Shown here: piece after piece, positions 1 through 12,900 of the stretch | How the letters are laid out: every line of letters starts with the position of its first letter | Position numbering within the stretch: the first letter of the stretch is position 1 | Position numbers and translations under genes: made by a program | The notes under the pieces: model-generated | Databases searched by the model: none | What the model was told of the DNA's origin: nothing | Seen by the model: the letters and a program-made list of their open reading frames with translations, nothing else | Source: Raillietiella orientalis | Taxonomy: Eukaryota | NCBI GenBank assembly: GCA_036172245.1 | Contig: JAYWIR010000009.1 | Location: forward strand, 992,001-1,056,000 | DNA: 64,000 nt | Direction: 5' to 3'

Positions 1-3000
1 CCTCCCTGTCCTCCTTGTCTCTCGCTCTTTCTGTCTCGGTCCTCGGAGAGAGTTCAGTCAAAGACAGGGCAGCAGTAACCGACGCCATGACTTCCGGACA
101 ATGGGAATGGCGGGGGGAGCGCGACACCGCCAGAGGACCTCCAAGTAGCAACGAGGTGGGAAAGACAAGCGACACCACCAGATGGTGGCCTCAACCCTAT
201 GCCGCGACCCTGCTCCTGGAAGCAGGGCCTTCAGCAGTCGCGGACCCTCTGTGCGGGTGGATGACGAAGACACTGCCCGCACTGGTCCAGTCGAGTATCC
301 TCAGCATACTCAGGAGGTAAACGGGAAAGAGCAGATGAACCACGCGGAAGAGCACGCGTCTTCGCGCGCAAACAGGGTGATGAAGACGTTCAACCCAGGA
401 GTGGATCGTAGTGTATCCGTAGGACTTCATTTCGCTTCCCTGCTTCGAGAATCCCTCTCGCCAAGAGGATTTCGTCCACTTCCGACAGACGTCGGCCGTG
501 GACTGGCGCGCACGCACTGGACCTCCGGAACACGTGCGACGCAAGTCGAACACAGAGGGGAAGAGGCAGCGGCAGAGACCCCAGCCAAGCGTCGCGTCGC
601 CCGAGAGCTGCGAGCCTTTCCGGAACGCAGCGAGCACAGCGGAGGTGGGGTGATCACCGGCAAGCGCGAAGCTTGGTCACGGGGACGGACAAACCGCCGT
701 CGGATGGACGAGGCGGTAGCTGTTCTTCGACCTACTGATGGGCGTGTTTCATTACTGGTGCTTTTTTCCTCCAGGCCACTGGCGACTCGGAAAAGCTGGA
801 CTCCGAAACGAGAAACGGCCATCAGCAGCCGGATGCAGAAGGATGGAGAGAGAAAGGAAATTCGGCGCGCGGGAGTTTAAGACAGACGCGGCCCCCCGCG
901 CGCCTACCGGAGTCGGTGAGGCTGCTCCCTGGGAAGGCGTCTTTCTGGGTGTCGCAACGTGCCAAAAAAGCGTGGAAAATGGCGGCGCACGCCAACTGCT
1001 GCGAGAGCGCTCGGGCTGGTGCCGCCGCCATCCAGGTCCCTTCTCGGACGCCGCGATCTGCGACCGCGGCAGCACAGGAGCTCGGACAAGCAAGGAGCGC
1101 CGGTGCTTCCCCGGGCACCGGCTGCGATCCCCGCAAACGGATTGAGGAGGAGGAAGGGAGGGGCACCGCGAGATGGCGGGAAACGAAGCTGTCTTTGCAA
1201 CAGTGGCTCCTTCGAGTAACGGCGGCACACGCAGCCTTTCTGCTCTTGCGTTTGCGTTTTGCACAGAGCGCAGATGGAGTTGGGTGGCTGTGGCTGAGGA
1301 AGATGGCGGCGGCTGGGCGTTTCACTCGCTTGCCTGCGTGCTGACACGTGGCATGTCAGCTGTGTTCTCTCTCGCGCGAAAGTCTGGGAAGGCGCGGACC
1401 GCCACCAGCCGACGAACCTCAGGAAAACTTCGCCTTGATCGGAAGGCACCTGCTCCCCCCCCCCTTCCTCCTCGTCTCACCTGGATCTCCAGCTCGTTGG
1501 TTCGTGACGTGATGAACCGCACGCGCTACTGCATGGTGGATAGCGTTTTTTCTTCTTGTCCGCATCGTGCGCGATCGGAGAGGACATCTCCTTAGAAAGC
1601 GGCGAGAAAGGGAAGAGCGGAAGGCAGGATTAACCTTCGCGAGCGAATCAGCTGTACGGAGGCTGAGCAGCTGCTGCTGCTGCGAGAAGGCTGTCGCCCC
1701 CCCCCCCCCGGGTCTGGTAGCCCTGCTGGACTCGCCTTTCCCCAGAGGAAGACCACGCGGGAACTCAATTGCGAGGGGGAGGGGAGGGAGGGGACAGGAG
1801 GCAGATGCGGGACTTACCCCTGACTCCACGTGTTGTGTATGTCCCCTCTCCGCTCTGCACGCGAGGAGGCGCGCGCAAGGATCCGCGCAGTTGTCCCGAG
1901 GACGCTCCGCCACTGCCGCCAGCCGTCGCAAGGCCGAAACGCACACCAAGAGCTCCCCAAACTGGCCGAGCAAAGCGGACTCGTCGCTCCACGCCGAAAC
2001 GGCTCGTTGGGGGAAACGGATAAAAAGTCTTTTTCCCTTTGCGGTTCCTTTTCTTTTCCTCTCCTTTCTTTGTTGCCTTTTTTTTTTTTTTTTTTTTTTT
2101 GCCCTTTTTGTAATACTTTTGCTTCCGCTTTGCGCGCAGATCCTCATCTTGCACCCGTATCTCTCCCGGAGGTGAAATGGCGAAAAGGCGAGAGGTGGAG
2201 TCCACTCTCTCGCGCGCTTTCTTTCCAAGAGCCGACAAGCCCTGCGACCTCGAAGACAAAGAGGCTGGGGAAGAGGCAAGCCTTTCGCGAAAGACAGCAG
2301 CAGCAGTAGCAGCAGCTACTTCTCTTCCAGAACTCCCTCCTGCCTAGGAGCAGCTGCTCCCCGAGCAGCGGACCGTCTGGTTGTGCCCGAGGCCCTCCTG
2401 GAAGCTCCGCAACGCCCGCGTTTCCAGCTGCGCTCACCACCTCACCACCTTCCCTGTTCCGAAGGCCCCCGCCCGGCTCCCTCCAGCAGCTGGGAGGCAG
2501 CATGGCTTGGCGACGAAGCGCTCCGCAATCTGTGAGCTCATCAGGGAGGGGCGAATTGCTTGACTGCAGCCACCAAGAGACGGCCCTTCTGACGTCCCCG
2601 CTTGCTCCCCTGCTGTTATCCCATATCTTGCTGTTTCCTAGTGCCATCCACATTGGCGCTAGGAATAGCAAGAGGAGAGAGCATCAAGAAGGGGGCGGGG
2701 AGTAGGGGAGGAGCCCGGAGCTGAGATCCGGGATGCATCCCCTGATTCCGCTAAACTTCCGCCGTTTCTGTACAACCTCGGGCGGGTTCCTCAAATCGGA
2801 CTTGGGAAAGTCGGTCTGAGCCGATGGACCAGGAAGCCTTCTCCGTGTGGTCCAGCACCTGCGGTTGTCTCCGAGCAACAGGCGTGCGTATCCCACAAGG
2901 CTGTACCTTTCAAACCTTCCTCCTTCCCAGAGGCAGATCGGTACGAGTCTCCCCGACACACTTACATCCACGAAGAAAGGACCATGAGCGAGCCAAATCC

Positions 3001-6000
3001 AATCGGGACTTCCCAAAATGGGAGGAGAAAAAGACTGCAGGAGGGAGAGACCGCGGACCTTTTCCGCCTCGAAGGATGAGAAGCCTACCCCCCGCGCGGG
3101 TGGTGGTGGTTTCCTACTGAACGCGCGTGCCCACGCACCATGGCCCGCAAAAGGTGGAGCACTCGGCGAGAAGTGGAGGGAGGATGCCAGCCAGAAATCC
3201 GCCGGAGCTGCGCAGCATGGCCCCTCCGCCTGGCTTCTGAGAATCTTTGGGGCCTGGAATGACCTTAAGTCAGACTTCCGTGTTTTCACGGATGGTTGGC
3301 GCTTCCCTACTTTCGGGGAGCTGACGAGGGACGAGGAAGGGAGGCGAGTCGCTGCTGCTGCTGCCGCCGCCTCCGAGCGCTCGCGGCGCTTCCGCTCGGT
3401 TCACACGCCCAAGCGCGCTGGCTCTCCCGAGCTCCCCCCCCCCCTCTTGAAGGTTGACCGCCGGTAGCCCCTGCCCCTTCCGAAAAAATCCGCCGAGCGA
3501 AGAGGGGAGGACCGGGTGCCGTGCCTCTCCAAACCACTCTGCTTACGCAGGACAGACCGCGGCCGGAACCGGAAATCAGGCGACCTTGGGATGGAGCGAG
3601 TTTCCTGATAAGGCACGCTTCCCAGGAGAAAGGCAAGGCACGTATGGATACGGAATGGCGCGACCTAGGGGGTCAACCGGAAAGGGGAAGAAGAGCGCCC
3701 CCGGACGGAGTGACCGCCCGCTCCTCATCGCAGCGGCCACACCTCTTGACTGCCGCGATGCAAACGCACTGGACCAGGTCCTTTACAACGGAGGCAACCC
3801 GCGGGAAGTCCAAACGTCCCCCTTAGAGAAGAATGAGGCCACGGGGAGGAGAGAGGGAAGGTGGGGAGGGGGAGAGAGAGGAGCGGAGACCGATCCCGAC
3901 TCGAAGCGACAATCCCACTCGTCAGGGTGACAAGGAAGGTGCGTCGGCAGAACCAGAATGCCCGTGAGCAGCGTCGTTTCCCCACCATCAACGCTTCCGG
4001 GGAGTTTCCGGGGGAAGTCAGGGCAGGGGGAATCTCCCGGAGGAAAAAAACGCGCGTGCTTCCCTTTCTCGTCCGGATTCCCCGTTTCCCGGGCGCGTTC
4101 GCCCAGGGATCCCGCCCTCCCCACTCTCTCGTCAGGAGAGAGATTTACCGCTCCGCAGGTGCCGCCCGCAGAAAGGGCAGAGTCCGCTTTCGGGAGGCGA
4201 AAAGGCGCCGCCGAAATCCCACGTCATCCGTCGCCATCCACCAAGTGGCACCGAGTTTCCTTGCTGATGTTTTCCAAGCTTTACTCCATGTCGCCGCCGC
4301 CGCCGCAGCCTCCGGAGCGCGCCGCGTGTGAGAGGTGATCAGCACGAGTCGGAAGCGAAGAGAGAGTCCCGCACCGCCGCATGAAATTTCCGGGAAGCGA
4401 CGGAACGAGGTTCTCCGTGTTGTTGTTGAATCCCATTTCAGGAGAGAAGGGAGAGGAAGCAGGGAAGGTGGGAGGGAGGGGGGGAGAGAGAGAGCAGGAA
4501 GAAAAGATTCTGCAGTCACGTACCAAATTCATGACGATTCGCCACGCGTAAACAAGCGAAACGGGGAGCCGGAGAGGAAGGGATAAACAAACCAGCGTCT
4601 CGCTCTCGAGAGCGCACGTTCGGCGCAGCAGAAGAAAAGTTTTCTCCTGCGCTTTACGGCCGCAAAGCTCGGAAGCCGCGTCCGTGTTGCAGCCGACGTT
4701 CGTGCCTATTTCGAGTTTCGTTCCGCAGAGAGATGCAGCTCAGGAGCAATAAGAAACCGCTGTTAATCCATCTTCGTCTTTTTTGTTTCCGCGATCTTTT
4801 TCAGCTTTTGTTTTCTTCCTTTTTGGCGACTGGCGGTGTGTCATCAACAGGAAAACCAGAGGAGCGCCAAGCGGTTTGGGCAAAGAAGAAAAACGAGAAA
4901 CAACGCACGTTGGTGATTAGTCGATCTTGGGTCGTCCTCCGGCGACATCCAGCTCCGGAATTCTCGGACCATCAGGAGATCCTCCTGGTTTCGAGTGCAT
5001 CCGTGGGCAGACGAATTTCACGAACAACGTGCCAACTGGAGGGTTGCAAACTGTGTGAGGGAATAGGCAGCTGGGGCGAACGGCTCTGAGGTCTCGCTGC
5101 AGCCGGTCTTCGAGTGCCGCCGACCCAAGGTGGGAGCTGCTGGCTCTATGCTTCCGGCAGACCATTCTGCGCACGAGTGAAATGAAGTGCCCCAACATGA
5201 GCGAAGCACGCGAGCGAATCCGGACCGCCGAGGACCGGACGCCCCCGACCTGAAATCCTGACATCACCGGGACGCACATCGCGAACGAGAATCCTACTCG
5301 GATCCCCCCCCCCCTCCCCCCAAGCAGCATAGCAAACTGACAACCACGGCTCTACGTTTTCCTGCCTCTCCCACCTCTCACTCTCCAACACACCTCGGAG
5401 GACGATGATTTTTTGAAGTCATCTGGGACCGCCGACCCGTCCCAGGCAGGAATTCACCATACCGAGGATGCTGACCAGTCCGTTGGTAGAGGTGGTCAAA
5501 CTCCGAACCGAGTTCGAGGACCCCCCCCAAGAGCATTTCTCATGCACAGAAAAGCCATACAGGAGGCTTCCTCCTGCTTCCAGAACGAGAAGGCACCTTC
5601 CAGAGACGGCTGTTTCCACCACGTGGAACTTCGGACTTCCTGCCAGCCATCCTAGCGAGGCTCTAACCCACGAGAATCGCAACGCCCGAAGTCAACAGTT
5701 CTTGAAAGCAGAAGGGGACCCCGACAACGAGTCCAGCTAGCGGATACCAAGGTCTTTCTTCTCGGGGAAGAATGCCCCGAAGTTTGTTTGAGAAAGAAGG
5801 CCACCAAGACAAAACGCAGCCGTCGTGTGGTGCAATTCTCCCCGACGGACGGAGCTATTGTCCAGGGCTCATGTTTTCTCTTGTTTGTTTGTTTTCCCCG
5901 TTGGTGATGGTTCACGTTGTGGAACCCACGCAAGATCAAGTAGCCTCATCCCTTGAGACTCGGGCATCCGCTAACCATGCTGCTGAAAAACGCAATCGCT

Positions 6001-6907
6001 GTCACCATGACGCACAGTGGCTGCCGTATGCACTGAATGCGCAATGTGCACAAAAGTGAAAGGTTGGGAAAGAGTCCAAACGATCCAGAACATGGGATGT
6101 TCCAGCGGCATTCTTCGACCTCTTCACAGACACCCCGTGTCCGTAAGGTCGACTCCGTACAAGTACGATACACGAGCATTAGAGGCAGCGTCTGAGGCGC
6201 AAAACATCCGATCGGTAGCTCGCATGACTGCCAGGAGCGCAAGGAAGTTTTGGATATGTAAACAGAAAAAAAGGGAAGACATTTGGAAACCACAAATAAA
6301 CCACAGCCATCGAATGTGACGCAACGCCAGGTCGCGGGAGCAGCCATGAGTGCGACTATGAGAACGCACGCACATGCGCACACACCCACACATACACACA
6401 CACACAAAAGAACACCTGATGGGCTTCTTCGAAAACGCTCAGCTTGCGTTCCCTCCTTGGTGAGGCAGACTTGGCGGCCATTTTTTCCTCTGAATCCGAC
6501 GCAAGGCCGGATGCTCAACGATTCCAGGATCCCGCAGACGGCTACTTCTCTCTTCCTCTTCTTCTTCCGACTGCCTAGCAGGCACTGCATCAATCAACCG
6601 GAACCTTCTACCCTTGGCAACGGGACATGGCCGCCACCACTGCATTCAGGCAGAATGCCCGCACTAGAGCTCAAAGGTGCCCACTTGGTTATAAGGTTCG
6701 TTTCTGCCTTGAAGGCAGAAAATACACTCTTGCAGACAAAAATCTAAACAAGTAAGACGAATCCGCATCAGACAGCAGCATCACGTTCGCTATGTGATGC
6801 AATCCATCGGGATTCTCATTGGCGGTGCCTCGGACGGAGAAGTACACGATCCAATAGGTCGGAAACTAAGGCAGGGGACGGAGTACATCTCGTTCGTATT
6901 CGGCGGC

Positions 6908-6940
6908 GAAGGAAGGAAGGAAGGAAGGAAGGAAGGAAGG
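6908..6940. repeat. (GAAG)n microsatellite
   Basis: About 8 perfect GAAG/GGAA units. Confidence 0.9.
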
Positions 6941-9900
6941 GAGAGAGGGGAGGGGAGACGAAATTTCGGTCGCATCACACATAGGCGCGCGCACGATCCG
7001 GAGTTGTTTCTCGAGGCAGCTACGTGATACCGCCGGAGACCCTAGAGACCGATGGCGTCACGAGAGTTCGCACACGCACGGCGGAATCCCCCACTGCAGC
7101 CCGGGAATCTGTGCGATCCGGAACTACGCAAGGCGGGCGGGGAAGCGATCTTCGAACGGCAGAAGAATGCTGCACTTGACGCGCGAAATGTGCCGGCGAC
7201 AACCCGTTACAGGTTGCACACCAAACGCCGTGGCTGGTCGAGCAGCTGGGCAGCGGGCACGCCCAGGGGAAAGCACAACTCGAAACAATCCGTGGGTGTG
7301 CACCGCCGCACGAGAGGCTGCCAAGTGGATCTCTTCAGACCAGAAGGAAACACGCAGTCTCTAGCAGCAGCAAACGGCAGCCGCCGCTTCAGGGTGAATT
7401 AAAACAGAAAGGGCAGACGGTAGACCCCAGAACGACTTCCCTGTTGCCAAGCGCTACCGCTGACAAAGAATGTAGCTGGTGAGTGGCGGTTAAAAGATGC
7501 CTGGCACGTCCAATCGCAGAGGAAGAAACACACAAGAACGGAACGTTTCTCTCGTGTACAAGGGGTCCTTACGAGTGGCTGCTGCAAGGAGGCCTGTGTG
7601 CTTTCAAAGGTGCATGGATCTCTCTATCACCACCGCCGCTCCCATGCTCATTTTCTCCGGAGATCTGAAAATCATCAGCCAGCAACTACGTTTTCGTCTA
7701 TTCCGACAATCAGAAGACAGACGAAAGCCGTGACGGGGAACAAACAGCATCCTGTCAGATGGTCGCTGACGGTGGTGAGGCCGATGAATGAGGGAGGGCA
7801 TTAGGCGATGCCCAGCACCGCATTCTATCTTTGCACGAAGTCACGACATTGAGTGAGCGCGGCTATTCGAGAGCTCCACCGAAGCGCAGGAATCCACGGA
7901 GGCGTCGAATCCGGAAGCACTCCAGAAGCACCAGAAAAGTCGAAGACAAACGTCGGGGGAATGGTAACGCTGGAAGGCAGGGATGGCTTTGTCCGCCGTC
8001 TCCCCGGAAATCAACGTGAAAAATGTGCGCGCGATGGTGACGAGACGAGCGTGCCCTTTGGTTCCCGCGATCACGCACCTCCCAGCATGCGAAGAGGAAA
8101 TCCGCCGCCTCTCCACTGCTCCAGAGTGCTCTTCGTGCTCTGCAAAAGGAGGAGACACGACACGAAAACCTCAGATGGCAGAATTTTCGGAGATGAAAGG
8201 GGGAAGGGGGCGGAAATGCACTCGGAAACGATACAACTGGTGGTCCTCTTTATGACTGCTCTGGAATTATGAGGAGTCTAAATGAGTCGCAGTGCAGCTG
8301 CTGCCCGCCTGCGGGAAGCCTCGCATGTACGCAAGCGATGCAAAACTACTCAAGGATGATATCTGCTGTCAACCAAGGAAGCATGGATACAAGACGACTT
8401 CGCAGCAGAAAAAAAGGCATCTTGCAGGGTGGCAAGAGGCAGAAGCAATGCAAAGAATCGGAGGTGGCTGTTGCGAGTCAACCGCTGTTGCATTGGCGAA
8501 CACACTGGAACTGCACTGGTGGCTCCCTCGCAAGACTACGTAAGAGCCGTCACGGAACTGCGCCAAAAAAAAAAACGACATGTTGGAAGCACGGATAAAA
8601 GACCTCTCGTCAAGCCGTAGGGAGATACGTGCTTTGGGCAGATTCGCAAGTCCGACCGTAGCCGGGAAGCCGGTCGGATAGCACGGAGGCGCGCCGATGA
8701 GGGGAGTTTTCGAAGAAAACGCATTCCTGGGGTGGGAGGGGAGCCGCCAAGATGCAGAAGGATTCTACCCTCCAACTCTGCGTGATCCGAGGATGTTCGG
8801 ATCCCAGTCAGTCAGCTTCCGCTCAGAGAAGTGGGCGCAGACTGACTTCCTCCATGATCCAGGGAAAGTCTCGAGAGTGGAGAGAAAATGCAGACTCCGC
8901 TGTAGAGGCGACCTCCTCAGGAAGACCTTCCTCAAGAAGACGTTCGCAGATTTCCGTTTTTCGCTTTCTTGCCTTCCTAACCGCTGGCTGCCGGAGCGCA
9001 AGAAAAACATGTCCGCAGGGTAGGCGGAGGGGTAAGGAACGCTCTCTTGCCGGGGAGAAAGAAAAAGACATTCAAAAAACGAAAATGCGAAGCTTCGCAC
9101 TGGCAGTTCTGATCTTCTCCGCAGCGATGCAATCAAACTTGAGAAAGCAGGTGCACGAGCGAGAGACATCCGGAACCTGCAGTGGAACTTTCCTTTCATT
9201 TACTGACTGCTCCCAGGGAGACCCAAAGATACAGAGTCCCGGATGTCCCTCGGCGATATCTTCCAGTTTCCAAATCTCAAGACGCTCATGGCCAACCATG
9301 ATTTGCTCTCGGCAGGGAAGCGAAAGACGGCCTCCACGGTCACCAGACGAGTGGTCTACCTCGATGCCTCCTCCACCCTTTTCCCGACAGTCAGTATAAG
9401 GCATCACTGCGCCGTCGTCTATCAGGAGGACGCGTCGCTTCCAGAGAAAGGTGCGAACAGGGAAGAGTGTGTGAGCCATCTGGGAAGTAGCCAGGACTTG
9501 CATCGTTCCTGGAACTCGAAGGCACTAAAAAGGCCAAAAGGCACGCGGATAAATCAATCCGCAGACACAAGTACAGGAAAACGAACCGGCCAATAGGAAT
9601 TCGGAGGTTCGCTTATGTCCGGTATGCTGAACAGGGGAGCCCTGGGATTTGTGGCATTGATCCGGTTCGCCCGTGACAAGAAAAGAAAGGAAAGACTTCC
9701 CCTAAGTGAGCAAAACCTAAGGAAGTCATTTCCGGCTGCGCTTTAGAGAAGCTGGTCTTTTCAGCTGCCTGGGGGCACTTTCTGTGGGTAGGTGCGATTT
9801 CAACTTTTAGGTTTCCAAAGGCAGCACGTGATCCACACTGCTTAATTCTCCCGAGTAGTCCCATGGCTTCGTTCGCTGCTCCTCGTGTCGGTTCCACATG

Positions 9901-12900
9901 TTTCCCTCTTTTCATTTTCCTGAATCTGATGTTTTGATCCGCAGAGAGTAACACAGAAAGTGATCCACTGCACCCAAATGTTCGATCCAATGACATCATC
10001 CGTCATTTAATCGCTCTATCACAGCACCCCGCATGCCTCCCTGGGTCAATCTCTTAGCTTCTGACAAATTACAGCGTGCTGAACTTTGCTATTCATTAAA
10101 AACCAGAGAGCAAACTAATCGATCGCTGGTCACCTCGCCTAAGGGGAAACAAACAAGGTAAGGCACGGAAGAACGACGTTTTCATTCTAATCCTCCATGT
10201 ATCAGAGATACACAATCATCAAATAATTCACGATAAAATTCGAAGGGCGGTCCAGTTTGCGAGTTTTTTTTTTTTTTTTTTCCTTCCAGAACTGACTCAA
10301 CAGCACGGACTTCGGTGGTAAACCAAGGTTTAACGTCCTGACGAAACAGGCGGCAAATCGAGAGGAATTTCGCAAGCCTGACCCAGGTAACAACCTGAAG
10401 TCACGAGTAGTTCGAGAACGCCTTAGAGGTGCACGTGCTCCCGATAGAAACGAGTGTAGGGACACGAGGATTCATCACACGTACACTGCAGGGCAAGACA
10501 GTTAGCGAAACAGTTACTGGCAGCGTGTTTCCAGAATTCACTTTTGCCCCACTGATCCCTCAGTTCGAGTTTGCTTCTAATTCAAAAGCTCTGAAGATTG
10601 TGCCCGTCCTGTCTATTGTACCTGTCATCTTTAAAAACCAACTTTTCCGAATCAGCACTATTTCTGAAGAGGAATATTTTTTTTTTTTTTAATATTCAGT
10701 GAAGCCTGTAAGGAGGACTCTTATCTCTCCTCATAGCCAGTCCGCATCGACCACCGGTGCGCTTGATATCAGTTTTCTCAAGCGAAGAGTCTTGAACTTC
10801 CCACATCACACAGTGGGATTATTGGCCCTCAGACAGCATCCCAAGTAGGAAGAACTCCATCGAAAAATCTTCGCCCATGAAATTCCTCACGACACTTTTA
10901 AGTAAATATCGAGCTGCCACTGAGTTTCAGACAAACAGGGAGGAGCACCACGGCGCAGGAATACACTCTTCGTTCTACCGTCCAACACCTGCACCGAGTT
11001 TGCATTTCTGAACTCGTTTCCACGCCTGGGATATCTTCACAGAAACTAATAATTAAGCACTCTCCTCATCTCGCACTTGAGCTGAAAGAGGTTATTCAGA
11101 AATGGGCTGATCATTTGAGGGAGCTCGCAAGTCGCTGCAAGTCTTGGTCCCTATCTCTTCTGTCTTTTCGTCCGCCAGATCGAAGTCTGCCTCTCATTTC
11201 CTCAGGCCTTGCTTTGTTCGAAGGACAACTCAATGAAATCGGATGCAGTCATTTCCTCGTATTCCATCCTGTTCTATGCAAAAAAAAAAAAAAAAAATCA
11301 GCCAAATCCTATTCACTTCGATCAGCCCCACATTCTTTCAAAGGTCCGTTTGTAGTCCGAAGAACACGATTGCCATATTCCCAAATTACGTTCACATGGA
11401 TTGCTCACAGCAAAAAACTTCTTGCAAATAACGGAATTTTCTTACATATCACTTGGTACAGGAATCAACAACTGGAAGCCATCACAATACATAAGCAGTG
11501 CGACGTACTGTGATGCAGTTGGCCCACAACAAAGTGAATTTTTGCAAGTCATTAATTACGGACTATAGGTCACTCGATCAAATCACAAACTGGCTGACAC
11601 CTTAAATAATTGATGATAGTGCGACAAATGAACAAGACAACAACCCCAAGTACCATGGGGAAGCATTCCGAAGTATTCTTTGAGATAATCTGAATTTGCT
11701 TGTTGAGCATCCAAGTTTCAATGACCACACATTTGCAGACAATACCACGATCGTGGGTGCTTTCGGTAGGCGGGTTCGATATAACTCATATTAATATATA
11801 TTTCTGAAAATGTGCATCATTGAATCAATACAAACCACAGTCCCAGAAATTGGTTCCATCGACAAGGGAGAAAAGGCGAAATACCAATGCAACGCATCGC
11901 ACACGATCCGATTCGAACTTTACGAATTTTCGACTCAAAGAATTTCGGGTCCACTTGAGACGAATTTCATTCCCAACTGCTGCTCCCCCAGCTTGGTTGC
12001 CTTTCTTTTTCCTGATGTGTTTGTGCGTAATCGAAATCTACTTCCCCCCCCAAAAAAAAAAAAAAAAAAAAAAAAAAAATTACTTCTTTCACGTTTTCGT
12101 TTTCCTTACTGAAAGAGCCCTTTCCGTTTACATGGGATCTCCCTGAAGAAGATTCCTCTGGAGCAGTCCAAATTACGCATGCAACAGAATAAGCAATCTT
12201 CTATACAAATATACGGCAAAAGTGTCAGCAGGGCATGGAATTTCAGGCCATAAACGAATTGCTTTCCTCGAAAGCCTCTTCCCTATCGAAAGAATGAATC
12301 GGTGGGAAGCAGCAGGTCTTAGAAGGCTTTACGGCTGGAGAGACTATTGGGTGCGGGTCGCCTTGAACCGACCGAAGTCAGGTCCATCGAAACTGTGACT
12401 TCAGCTTCGAGGCAGGACTGCCATGGGGGGCATTTGCATTGCCGACGAAGCAAGATGGTTCGCCATTCACATTTCTGCTTTTAGAGTGACAGAAAAAAGT
12501 CAGAAGAAACGGTATGCTCCAGGCCTTTGCCCCAACATTACTACGTCTGACTTGTGATAATTTCGAGCCCCATGAAGGTCACAAAGTGCCTCCAAACAAC
12601 AAAAAAAAAATAAAAAGGAAAGGAAACCTAGAAACGCTAACTTAAAAAGCATCGATTTTCTTCATGCATGATCTCGAGGAACTGCAAGTCGCAATGAAAC
12701 GAGCAGTAGGAGACGAATATGGTAGTATCCCCCATAAAAGTTCACACTACAATGTAATTCATGTAATTTAACTACGGTTTAACACATACACTACAAAACA
12801 AAGGCCTGTTTTAAGAACACTTACACTTTGAATTACACAGAAATCATTGGCTAATATATTCTAGAACAAATGTTTTCAACTGGTGTGGAATTTTTTAAAT

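Noticed and set aside
1..10000. Many overlapping 100-290 aa ORFs on both strands
   Set aside because: Low-complexity Arg/Pro/Ser/Gly-rich translations expected from GC-rich non-coding DNA; no recognisable domain.
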